NCBI GenBank assembly: GCA_051294375.1
Contig: CM119266.1
Coordinates: 24,572,312-24,636,311, forward strand
Source: Paraspadella gotoi
Lineage: Eukaryota > Animalia > Chaetognatha
Direction of reading: 5' to 3'
Length of the DNA: 64,000 nucleotides
Positions within the stretch are counted from its first letter, which is position 1, and the number at the start of each line of letters is the position of its first letter. This document shows positions 1 to 10,363 of the stretch, piece by piece. Below the pieces are notes generated by a model. The model made no database searches, was not told the DNA's origin, and saw nothing but the letters and a program-made list of their open reading frames with translations. A program made the translations under genes and the position numbers.

Positions 1-9
1 GAAAAAGAG

Positions 10-14
<5 letters not shown>

Positions 15-104
<90 letters not shown>
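15..104. repeat. (GA)n microsatellite, representative of dozens of GA/CT tracts across the window (largest about 20518-21012)
   Basis: Directly visible dinucleotide run. Such tracts produce most of the ERER/LSLS ORFs in the six-frame track. Confidence 0.98.
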
Positions 105-106
<2 letters not shown>

Positions 107-330
107 GCGGGGATGTCGATCTCGATTTTATATCGGGATCAACTTCGCGGTAGGTTTTTTTCAGCAAAACAAAAACGTATTGTGCTGAGCTGAGGGCGTT
201 AGAGCGAAAGAAATAAAGAAACTAAACGAGACTGAAAGAAAGAAAGAAAGAAGGAAAGAAGAAAGAAAGAAAAAAAAAAAATAAACAAAGAAAGAAAGAA
301 AAAAAAAGAAAGAAAGAAAGAAAGAAAGAA

Positions 331-362
<32 letters not shown>

Positions 363-699
363 AGAAAGAAAGAAAGAAAGAAAGAAAGACAAAAAAGAAA
401 ATAAAAAACTAGAGAAAGAGCTGGAAGTCGAGAGAGGGAGATTGAGTGGATTTGAAATAAATTGTAGACTTTAAGCAGGGCGTGGAGCGAGTAAGTCATG
501 AAAAATTTAATTGAGAGTGAAAGGTAAGTCAAGGAGGCTGACGAAATTAGAATAAAAAACGAAAAGCCCGATACATCGGAAGTTGCGGTTAAGTTAATCA
601 TTCCCCCAGAAGGAGACTTTTTAATGCGCCGCAGTCGGCGTCTTCTTGACTTACCCCGTAATAAGCGGAAACGAAAAACTTACCTTTCCCCTGATTCAG

Positions 700-1055
700 A
701 CCTGACCTTTGTCAAGTTCTTCGCTCCGTGGTGCGGCCATTGCAAGACCCTGGCGCCGACCTGGGAGATGCTCTCCTCCAAGTTCGCAGGGAAAGTGAAA
801 ATCGCCGGTGAGTGTCAGGAACTTTTCTCTTCCAATACTAAACTAAAGCGAATATATTTTTAATTTATTTTCTCGAAAGTAAAAATTTTGATTATCGTTA
901 ACTAATGCAGAGGTTGACTGCACGGAAAATCGGAGTCTCTGCCAGCGCTACCAGATCGACGGCTACCCGACCATGATGCTCTTCCGGGACGGGAAGCTGG
1001 TCAAGGAGTACCACGGCTCGCGGGACATCAACACCCTCTCCAAATTCCTCAACGA
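700..1055 (+). CDS. Protein disulfide isomerase family (TXNDC5/ERp46-like) thioredoxin domain, 3' exons 700-807 and 911-1055; 5' part outside the window
   Basis: cag|700-807|gtgagt and cag|911-1055|gtcagt join in frame to give [85 protein letters not shown]. This has the APWCGHCK active site and the GYPT cis-Pro loop typical of PDI a-type domains. The terminal exon is unresolved. Confidence 0.93.
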
Positions 1056-2709
1056 GTCAGTCAATGATATCAATTTTATATCAATAATTATAACGTACAA
1101 TATTAATTTTATCTTATCACGATATTCTATTTCTTTTTTTTTTTCAAGTTTTCTTTAAGAAGAAAAAAAAAACTGGAGTTGATGAATCGATGAGGATGAA
1201 AACGTGAAGGACTCGACTCTGGAGGAGGAAAACATTTATTTTCAATCTCTTTTTTTTTATTTTTTTTTATTTCATTTATTTATATCTGTTTATTTCTTCA
1301 TTAATTATACGAAGTATTAAATATTTTCGACCGATTAAAAGCAAAAGGGACATGTCTTAGGAAAGGAAATCATATGTACATAAAGTTAAAACATTCGCAA
1401 GTTTTGTATAGAAAATTTGGGAAATAAGCAACGACGCCAAAGGAAAAAAAATCGTGGCGAATCGAGTCGAGAAATAATTCCATGGTTTTTTTTTTCGACG
1501 GCGTTGATGAGGATGAGGAAGAGGAAGAAGAAGATGAAGACGACGACGGAAAACGACGACCACCAAGAAATTCGTGTAAAATCGACTGAGATGAGGAAGA
1601 GCGGTAAGCGGAAGAGCAGGAACGTCGGAGATGCCGCGGATTTTAAGGCGTAATGTAAACGTTTGGTGGCAGCACTTTAGCATCTTTGAAAAAAGGCAGG
1701 TCTGATACGGAAAGGAAACAAAAGGCTCCTCGATGGATTTTGGCTGAAGCCTAGACGAGAGTTGAAAACTTTTAGGCGCGTTTTTTAAAGAATTTACGAA
1801 TATTTAGAAAATTAAGACTTAAAAGTTATCTGCCATTTGTGGCTAGATGTTTGAAAGTACATAGATAGCTTCCGTTGTTGAAGTTTACGTAATAAGTGGG
1901 TGCCTATTCTCAACAGTCGAAACATAATTTTCATGATTAGCCGGACTATTTAAAATTATTTTTTACTTTTAACAAAAATCTCTGAGTACATTCTATTTCG
2001 TTCTTGAGGACAAATTACCACTCGGTAGGTCCCCACGACCCTCAATGGGTCACCATGGGCGCCTCGTTTATCAACGGCCTCCCACGAGGTCGACGCTCCC
2101 CCTCCCCCAACCACGGACCCAAAGATAGATACTTTCGTGACTCTGACGAATCAGGGAATCATCTCTATGGCCCACTTCAGTAATTGGTGCTGGTCAGAGG
2201 GCTGGGGGAGCGATTGACCGATTCCACTCTGTCTCGCTATTCGCCCACTTCCATACGGCTCTTTGACTGACTCCCTCTCCATCGCCTCCGATTTAAACTG
2301 ATGACCCGAAATGTCAACTCGTTTCTTGACTCTGTCACTCTCTCCCTTTGTCGGCGTCGTTCTCTGCGTCGACGGCGCGAGACGAGGATTCATCATCGTC
2401 TCCCTGCGTCGTGGCGAGACTATCGACGTGGCAACCTTATCAACGAGGCACCACCGATTGGACGCGGCAACTTCATGAACCTCGCAACACTATTTGGAAG
2501 TTGCAATACCGTTTGGACACGTTTGTTAAAAAAAAAATTAAATTAGTGTTTAGAATAAGTTTTCTAACCAAGAAATGCGCAATGAAAATAATTTAAGGAT
2601 CGGAGTCATCCCTACCAGTTTTAAGTGATTCGCTCCCGCCGTCGACGTCGTCCCTAATGCGCGAAATGACCCTCGGGACGACCATCGATTCTTCGTCTAG
2701 ACGAAATTC

Positions 2710-3030
2710 ATGACCTTCCCCCCCTCCCCCCCCCTTCCCAACTCGATACCGCGTCTGATCACGGAACCGGGAAATGGCCAACATGCGAGCCTCGTCCGCG
2801 TGTCACGCTCGAACCGATCAATCACTGAGGCCGCCGGAGCCGACTCGGCCGTATCCGACACTGCCGGATCCGACACTGCCGGAGCCGACACTGCCGGAGC
2901 AGAAACAGCCGGATCCAACACTGGCGGAGCAGAAACAGCCGAGGCAGATAAAGCCGAAATCGAGATCGGGTTGAGAGATGCGAGAAATTGGCCGACGCGA
3001 AATAAAGATGCGCTTCCAAATAAACACTAA
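2710..3030 (+). CDS. Putative exon/ORF of an unknown gene containing AG(A/S)(D/E)T pentapeptide repeats
   Basis: GC-rich open frame containing a 15-bp tandem array. In this frame the variation between units is mostly synonymous or conservative (gcc/gca, act/aca, gac/gaa). No family recognised. Confidence 0.4.
   Translation: MTFPPSPPLPNSIPRLITEPGNGQHASLVRVSRSNRSITEAAGADSAVSDTAGSDTAGADTAGAETAGSNTGGAETAEADKAEIEIGLRDARNWPTRNKDALPNKH
2830..2964 (+). repeat. 15-bp minisatellite, about 8-9 degenerate units (gccggakccgacact)
   Basis: Visible units include gccggatccgacact, gccggagccgacact and gccggagcagaaaca. Confidence 0.85.
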
Positions 3031-4083
3031 TGAGGAAGTGAAAGTGAAAGCGGAGAATCTTATTTCCTTAAAAATTTTCGAAGAATTTACAAATTCTCTC
3101 TTTTTTTACTAAGACGTCTTGCACAATTAAGCAATTTAAATACGTTGGCTTTTTTGTTTTTGTTTTAAAATGAATAATGCTTCGTCGTCGTCTTCGTCAT
3201 TGCCTATGTCGTCGTCTTTTTCGTCGTCATCTTCGTCGTCGTTTTCGTGTTTTTGAGCATCGCCTTGGTAGGAGACATATGAGCTGCTAAAATGCCATCG
3301 TTTTCTAAAATTTAATTCAAAATAAATTCAGCAGTAAGTAATCTGCTTCAAACTTAGTAAACTCAGAAATTGAATTAGCCTTTTGTTCCACTCGCCCTAT
3401 ACTTTGTTTGGCTCCATTCCAAGTCATTTCTGTCAATCCTGCTGGCATCGAGGAACGGGAAAGGGGACGAGATGGAGTGACATCTGTCGCCATTTTCTCG
3501 AGGTTCCATTTCGAGTCAGAAACAAAAACGTCGACTTAGTTGTTTTTTTAAGGAATTTTTCGGAATTTTTCCGTTGTACCAATTTCATAATATTTTGTCA
3601 AATAATATTTTTGAGGGATTAAATAAAAGGCATGAAAAATAATCTTCAAACTTCGCTGTTTATTTTTAATATAACATAATATTTCTAATTTTATTCAGGC
3701 AACTTTTATTATTTTTGTTTAGTCAAAAAATGTAAAAGAGAATCGTGATATGAAAATTAAAAAGAAAGCGAAAATAAAAATGTGAAAGTAAAAGGGAATT
3801 GGAAATGTCGAATTGAAAGAAATTCGCGTGCAATTTGGGTTCAGGTCGATTCCTATCGATCCCTCTGAGATTTCACAAGGTTACGTGAGAACGACCGCGT
3901 CGCCACGTGCGTCAACCGTAACCGTCATTGACGCTGGCGACGTGACGAGATAGCTAGACGTCGGAGTTGTATCGATTCTTGCTGTTAGTGTAGTATTTAA
4001 AACTATTTATGAATAAGCTAAATTATTTGATTTTCCCTTAACTAATTTCGATCAAAATCAGCGAAGAAATTCGACTCGTAAAA

Positions 4084-4329
4084 GTGAGTTTCAAATGGGA
4101 TGGAGTCACGGTATCGATCAAAGAGACCGCTTTTCACGGTTGCGTCATCAACCCTCTGGTCCCCCCTCTCCTTCACCACCTCACCACTCCTCAGCTTTCA
4201 CCTCCATCGTTTCACTTGGATTCACAGACTGGAATTCGGAGAATCCCCGGAGGGAGCGTTGCGTCGCCAACCTCGACGACGACGACGACGATCTTCCTCC
4301 CGACGACGTACAGTTTTGACCTTTGACCC

Positions 4330-4362
<33 letters not shown>

Positions 4363-4530
4363 GAGAGAGAGTTGCGCGAAACGGATTGAATATATTGCCG
4401 TGGTGCCGAGAGAAGAGGCGCCGGAAGAGCAGATGGCAGAGTTGAAGCAATCATAGTCCAGCAGTTGACGAAAGTGTTGGTGTCAAACCAGCGACGAATC
4501 GTCGGCAATGATCATAACTGTATTTTACGA
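4084..4530 (+). other. Coding-like fragment of an unknown family (copy A), interrupted by a GA tract; possibly a 5' part of the helicase locus
   Basis: Translates KVSFKWDGVTVSIKETAFHGCVINPL...TGIRRI and later GRVEAIIVQQLTKVLVS...ND, ending at a gtaggc donor. Resembles the fragment at 8148-8510. Confidence 0.35.
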
Positions 4531-5118
4531 GTAGGCTTTGAATGTAATTAAAGGTAAATTTAACTATTGGAGCAATGCCATACACTTTTTAAATAAACGG
4601 AGACTGGTCGAGATCAATTAACGAATATTACGTTATGAGAAAAATATGCGTTATTTTTTTTTTAGTAAAGAGCTGCAGCGCAGCCGTTCGTTGATACCAA
4701 ATTTAGTCTCATTTATTATGCTAATTTAAAAACAGGTAAGGGAATCTGAGTGTCTTCACAGCTGGATATCGAAAAATTCTAGGTTGATTGATCAAAGCTC
4801 AGTGAAAAACACAAATTGAGAGAATTTTTAGGCCTTTCTCGTTATACGTTGATGTTGCCAAAAATAACATGAAATTTCGCTTGATTTTTAAATGTTTATC
4901 ATTTAATTTGTCGTTATTTTATTAGTTTATAAAATATGCTTTGTTTTTTGGTTTGTTTTTGTTGTTTTTTTTTTTTAGAATCTTATCGGGACTTTCGACA
5001 TCTTTGTCTAAAAACCTACACTCTAAAACTAGTCGCCTACTTTTGTCAATCGCTTCTGCCACCTTCTACTGCCACTCGCTCTTGCCGCCCGCCTACTTTC
5101 ATTCAGTAGGCCCCCAAC

Positions 5119-5292
5119 ATGTCGACGAAATGGCGATTTTTAGCCCAGGTCGTCGCCCCGATGCTTAATCTCTCCCCCGAAGATCTCCAGTCGGAAGATC
5201 TTCGCAAGACCGTCCTCAAGATGTCATTGTCTACACCGCCCAGTTTCCCGTCCGCCAGGGATTATTTGGTGACATTTTTGAAACTCCTAGTG
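5119..5292 (+). CDS. Probable upstream exon of the Sen1/senataxin-like helicase
   Basis: TPPSFPSARDYLVTFLKLLV resembles the Sen1/Upf1-family PxxFxSxxxYxxxFxPLL motif that precedes the helicase core, and the segment ends at a gtaaaa donor. The frame join to the main ORF is not clean (possible frameshift near 5590-5670). Confidence 0.55.
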
Positions 5293-5428
5293 GTAAAATA
5301 GTTATATTGTTTTCATTATAATTCTTTTTAATTTCATACTTTGCAACTCGTAGCTTATTTTGAAAGATAAAAAAGGTTTCGGTTTAATTTTTTTATAAAT
5401 TATTTTTTCAAAGTTTTATTAAATTGAA

Positions 5429-5541
5429 ATGAAATTGGTACAACCAATATAAAAATTATCCATTCATTTAATAAAAAAGCTATCTTGTCCCTGACTTTGG
5501 ACAGGCTTTGGTGGTTTAAGGCCTCCATCACTCTTACAAGA
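5429..5541 (-). mobile_element. Short dispersed repeat family R1, copy 1
   Basis: Reverse complement reads atggaggccttaaaccaccaaagcctgtccaaagtcagggacaagatagc...atattggttgtaccaatttcat, closely matching 20225-20324. Confidence 0.8.
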
Positions 5542-5618
5542 TAATGACATAGCAGGTCCCTGCAAGCTTTCAATCATAATTTATATCCAGTTGTACGGGC
5601 GGCTTCAAAAATGTCTCT

Positions 5619-7697
5619 TTGCACAAGAACGCCATGCTTCCCGTGATCATTCACGGAGCGCTCAAATGGATCGATGAGCGCGAAAAATGCTTGGGCCCCA
5701 GCGAAGTCATCCCGCTGAAGACTGTGGCTCCATTGAAAAAGTCGGGTCCCTTTTGCGTCCTTCATTGCCCCGTGGAATCTGTCGCCGACGCAATCAGACA
5801 AGACTTGATTTTGGGATTCATTGGATCGATAGCAGTCGTCTTAGTTGCGTCTAAGGCTAACGAGACAATCTTGTGTCTCATTCACAAACGCCACGCCAAG
5901 TATTGCCAATTACTCAATCGGGGCCGTGAGTTTTACATCCAAATACTCTGCAAAATTACGACGCATTATCGTCAGTTTGAAGCCGTCGTCAACTTGGAGC
6001 GATCCGCTATCGCGGATATCGTCATCCGACCGACTCGGGGGAGCCTCTGTCTCTACCTCGACGACCTGGAACAGGAATCGGACAGGATGCTAATCTTGCG
6101 CGAGCATTTGGCATCGTGCGACCCCGCGCAAAGAAAAGCGCTCAGTTCCGCAGTTGGGATGATCAGAATGGACCGGAATCCTCGATTGGCCCTGATCCAC
6201 GGCCCACCGGGCACGGGCAAGACGCGCTTGATTGTCCGCCTCGTGGAGAGCCTTTTTCTTCCGAGGCAACGACCAGCGGGCGCGGCGTTAATATGCGTCC
6301 ACTCCAACGCCGCTCTCAATCAATTGGCGCTATATTTTAAAAATTCTCAAAACGCTCGGCTTATGTACTACATATATCCGAAACTGGTTAGTTTGGGGCC
6401 TGCCAAAAAAATTGCAGATTTCCTTCCTACCGGAAGTTTCCAGGAAAAAAAGAAAAGTATCCTCTCGGCGAATGTGATTATGACGACCCTTAACTATTGC
6501 AGGTCCGAACAATTGAAATTTTTGCAATCGATGCAGTTCTGCTGCCTCGTAATCGACGACGCGGACCGACGCGTAGAACCCGACGTGCTCATCCCGATGG
6601 TCAGGTTCGGCGCGCAAAAGGTCATCGTGCTCAGCGACCAACCGCGAAGGACCTCCCAAGCAAACGCGAATGAATACAGATCTTTTCCTCAAAGATTCGA
6701 GGAGCGACTGCGAAACCAATTATTGGGCGTCAAACTCTCGGGAACGATTCCGCTCGACGTTCAATACAGGCTGCATCCAGAGATATTTCGTTTTCCCCAA
6801 TCGCTCGTCCACGATGATCGCATATCGATCCAGGACTCTCCGCAAGCTAGATCGGAGAGCCCCTTCGAGCCTTACCTCGTTTTCGATCTGCAAAACAGCG
6901 AGGAGGTGGTCCTTCGGCCCGTGGAATGTCGCCTCTTCTCCTTTATCAACGTAGAAGAGGCTCGATTCGTCTCTTTTCTTTGCTCCTGTTTGTGGTTTGA
7001 AAAGAATGTCTCGGTCGGAGTAGTGAGTCCCTTCACGGCGCAGAAGAATAGGTTACGAACTTTCCTAAGACGGACCACGTTTTTGGATGCGGTAGTGGAA
7101 GAAGACGAAGAGGAAGAAGAGGAAGAAGACGAAGAGGAAGAAGACGAAGAGGAAGAAGACGAAGAGGAAGAAGACGAAGAGGAAGAAGACGAAGAGGAAG
7201 AAGACGAAGAGGAAGAAGACGAAGAGGAAGAAGACGAAGAGGAAGAAGACGAAGAGGAAGAAGACGAAGAGGAAGAAGACGAAGTGGAAGACTACGAAGT
7301 GGAAGACGACGAGACGAAGGCAGTGAAAGCCCATGAATCTCTGAGACATTTCAATAAAAATTCGATCTCCGTCGAGGTCGGCAAAATGGAATCGTTCCAG
7401 GGCGCCGAGAAAGACGTGATCATCGTCAGCGGCGTCCGCGCGACGAATCGAGATATTTTGATGTTGTCCACGATGCGTTTGCCCACCGAGGATATTGGAG
7501 ACGCGCAGGGACTCTTCGTCGCCCTCACTCGAGCCAAGGAGGCGGTCTACGTCGTCGGCCATCGGACGACGCTCTCTGCCAACGAAGATTGGCGCCGCCT
7601 CTACGACGACGCCGAAAAACGAGGACGCCTCGTCACGATAAACGCCGGATGGACTCCCGAACAAATCTCACAGTGGATCAAGAAGCGTCGATCTTAA
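5619..7697 (+). CDS. Superfamily 1 (Upf1/Sen1/senataxin-like, AAA_11/AAA_12) helicase with degenerate motifs and an acidic insertion
   Basis: Uninterrupted 692-codon frame. Motifs: I LIHGPPGTGKT, Ia LICVHSNAALNQL, Ib ANVIMTTL, II VIDDAD, III LSDQPRR, IV LDVQYRLHPEI, NVEEA, VGVVSPFTAQ, V SFQGAEKDVII, VI LFVALTRAK. True start unresolved (the track starts at TTG). Confidence 0.9.
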   Translation: MHKNAMLPVIIHGALKWIDEREKCLGPSEVIPLKTVAPLKKSGPFCVLHCPVESVADAIRQDLILGFIGSIAVVLVASKANETILCLIHKRHAKYCQLLNRGREFYIQILCKITTHYRQFEAVVNLERSAIADIVIRPTRGSLCLYLDDLEQESDRMLILREHLASCDPAQRKALSSAVGMIRMDRNPRLALIHGPPGTGKTRLIVRLVESLFLPRQRPAGAALICVHSNAALNQLALYFKNSQNARLMYYIYPKLVSLGPAKKIADFLPTGSFQEKKKSILSANVIMTTLNYCRSEQLKFLQSMQFCCLVIDDADRRVEPDVLIPMVRFGAQKVIVLSDQPRRTSQANANEYRSFPQRFEERLRNQLLGVKLSGTIPLDVQYRLHPEIFRFPQSLVHDDRISIQDSPQARSESPFEPYLVFDLQNSEEVVLRPVECRLFSFINVEEARFVSFLCSCLWFEKNVSVGVVSPFTAQKNRLRTFLRRTTFLDAVVEEDEEEEEEEDEEEEDEEEEDEEEEDEEEEDEEEEDEEEEDEEEEDEEEEDEEEEDEEEEDEVEDYEVEDDETKAVKAHESLRHFNKNSISVEVGKMESFQGAEKDVIIVSGVRATNRDILMLSTMRLPTEDIGDAQGLFVALTRAKEAVYVVGHRTTLSANEDWRRLYDDAEKRGRLVTINAGWTPEQISQWIKKRRS
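7098..7313 (+). repeat. Coding 15-bp tandem repeat (gaagaggaagaagac, EEEED), 11 perfect copies at 7116-7280 plus degenerate flanks
   Basis: Directly visible; in frame within the helicase ORF. Confidence 0.95.
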
Positions 7698-8147
7698 CCA
7701 ATTATCTTTTCATCGAATAATTTGTCGCCCCTTAATTATTTTAAGTTTAATTCGGGTACTGTAACTACGGTTCCTGGATGGTTTTATGGTCGATTTGTTT
7801 TTAATATGATTTCTTTTTAAATCATGATAAGTGGTCACGGATTGATTTTTATTGAGCGTGGTAAATTTTAAATAAAACATTTTATCACACACATGGAATA
7901 TTTAATATGTAGTTTATGGGATATTCTTGGCGTATACTGTAATTATGATTTTATGTCGTGCTTATGACGAAAATATTATGTATGATTTTTAACTTTCTCG
8001 AGATTCAGCTTAAATGGAGAAACCCGCTCACAAAAAAATGTAAGGTAATAGTTTCTCGGTAAAGTCAATCAGTCATAAGTAGAATTTAACTAGGCCTTCA
8101 CCAGCATGATCGCCTTTCTCGTTCTTAGGCGTCCTCATTCTTCAAAA

Positions 8148-8943
8148 TGATTTTAAATCGAGAGAAAGAAAACATAATAAAAGTCGAATTTCGTGTCATG
8201 GAACAATGTTGAGGTTGAAATTCGAGACGTCGATAAATCAAAGCATGGATCCATCCTTAATTTTCTCGGCCAATCCGCTCGCCCATGGCACACGCTCGAC
8301 CAATCGAGAAACTTTTCAACCCTATTCGAGCCAATGGGCGTTCGTCGAATATGGCGTCGGCCGCCGAGTTACGTCTCGTTCTGGACTCATCCGGAAAAAG
8401 AAAAAGAAAGCGAGCTTGAGAGGGCGAGAGACCGAAAGGGTCGGCGAGCATCAAAAGAAGAAATTCAGAAAATTCTATTAAGTTGAAAATGTGTCGTTTG
8501 TAAGAATGACTGTTGGAAGTCAAAGATATGGGCGTGGAGATTTAACGCGGCCACATTCTCGATATTTTGTAGCTGCACTCGCTGTGGCACTCGGCCTCTG
8601 TAGAGGGAACCGCCCCCTTTCACCTTTGACTAAGAAAATAACAAAGTATTATTTAATTCGGGGAAAAGTGATGCTTCGTTCCAAAAATCCGAATTTTATT
8701 CACCCGCGTACATTTTTACAATGTTTATACGACCGGGAAGGCTGGTCGTTTCAGGGGTGGCTGTGCGGGAGAAACGAGCTGGCTCGATTCTTGATAGGTC
8801 GGTCTTCGAGCGCCTGGCCGAGAGAAATACTTTCATGTTTACAAGGTTGGGGGTTGATATCATTTCTTAATTCTGTGAAAATGAATGTAGAAATCATTTT
8901 TAAAACCCACAGAGTGGGGGAAAAATTGAAGACGGGGAGATAA
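8148..8943 (+). pseudogene. Degenerate coding fragment of an unknown family (copy B), with a frameshift and an in-frame stop
   Basis: IKVEF/VSWNNVEVEIRDVDKSKHGSILNFL...MGVRRI...GRRASKEEIQKILLS*...ND aligns by eye with 4084-4530. The downstream FLQCLYDRE..S.QGWLC resembles FLKTLYDDE..SLQWAC in the 21251-21745 ORF. Confidence 0.35.
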
Positions 8944-10142
8944 AGCGAAAGCGTCCTAACAAAAGAGAAAACGAAAGTCTCTCTCTCTCTCTGCCTTATT
9001 TTGGGATACTTATGCGGTACGCGAATAACGACTGCACTAAACCTTTCAAAGTCCCTGTCAAAATTCGTTCTGCATTTTTTCTTCTTCTGTCCGAAACGCC
9101 CCCCCCCCCGCCCAAACTGGTCTCTTTCCTCGTTTTCCCTGTTTTTTCTCTTTTCGCTCTTCACCCGATGTTTCCCGGGTTTTTTTTATTATTTTAAACG
9201 ATGCATTATTTTAAACAAATTTCCTTTTCCTTTGATTTTAATTTCCTGTTGTTTCCATCATATTTGCGATAGTGTCGTTAATTATTGAGATTTTTAGGAA
9301 AACATTTTTTTTAAATTATATTTATGTAAATATTTCAGTTTTTTATATATTTCAATATTTTACTTTTCTATTGTTTTGCCCTTAGCCTACCGTTTTAATC
9401 TTCTCGTTTTTCTCTTTCTTTTTTCATTTCCTTCCTTTTCTCTCCTTTCTCATTTTCATTCTTCATCCTGCGCTCATCTTATTTTTTTTTTTTCATTTTC
9501 AATTTCGCCGTCTCGTGTCGCCCTTTTTCTAAGCGGAAAAAAAGGAAGATAAAAAGAAAAATAAAAAAGGGAGAAAATTGTTTTTTTAATATCGGACGTT
9601 ATCCCCTTTGTCCCGAAAACAAAAAAAAGTTAATTTACTAGGCGAAGCTTTCGATCTATTCGGAGATTTATTATTTTGTTTTATTGATATTACCTCAATA
9701 ACCTCTCTCTNNNNNNNNNNCTCTCTCTCCCCCTTCGCCAATGCGTTCTTGCGGATGGGAGGCTCGGGCCTCCGGGGAAACACGCGGCGTCCCGGCGTGG
9801 GCGAAGAGGATTGAAATTTGTGTGGGGAGAGGCCGACCGTTGGGAATTGACAAAAGTAACAGATACGCAGACAACATTTTCGAGGGTGGCGCTACATCTA
9901 TATTGTTTTACAATTTTCCGTGGCTATCGGAAATTATTAATTTCGATTACAAAGTTGGCCATAAATGCTTTATGGTTACGGCTTCAAAGATTTGAATTAA
10001 AGTGAACTTGGTTTGTTTTTTTGTTTTTTTGACACGATAGTGAACTTAAGGTTCGATCGAAGAGGCCGCCGCCTACGAAGTGGTCACGATCTAATTGATC
10101 TTCTACTCAATGAGCCAGCGGGTTACGACTGAGGGAGCCCTT

Positions 10143-10363
10143 ATTGGGTTACTTTTACTTTCGCCGACAGGGGTTAGGAAGGGGTTAGTGTTAAAGGTGG
10201 TTTAGGGGTGGTTTTGGGTTAGGGGTGGTAAGGGTTAAAAGGGTTTAGGGTTAGGGTAATTAGGTAATATTTTTTTTTAATTTTTGTTTAAAAATAAGTA
10301 TTTTTAAGTAGTTTTTTCAAAAGCCGCCAAAACCGCGGTTGGCGAAAGTAAAATTTCGCCCGA
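10143..10363. mobile_element. Small non-autonomous inverted-repeat element (MITE/HINE-like) with telomere-like TTAGGG-type interior
   Basis: ttttactttcgccgac (10153-10168) and gttggcgaaagtaaaa (10338-10353) form a 16-bp inverted repeat with one mismatch. The interior is degenerate gggttaggg repeats. Confidence 0.7.

Noticed and set aside
1160-1195. Terminal PDI exon with an ER-retention-like KLEL
   Set aside because: KLEL is followed by MNR before the stop and the A-run length is uncertain, so the exon is not established.
7098-7313. Regular repeats (also 2830-2964 and 18395-18486) considered as CRISPR arrays
   Set aside because: Head-to-tail tandem units without unique spacers, eukaryotic context, and no cas genes.
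6330-7664. Minus-strand ORFs including FVFFL repeats
   Set aside because: Antisense shadows of the helicase ORF and its EEEED repeat.
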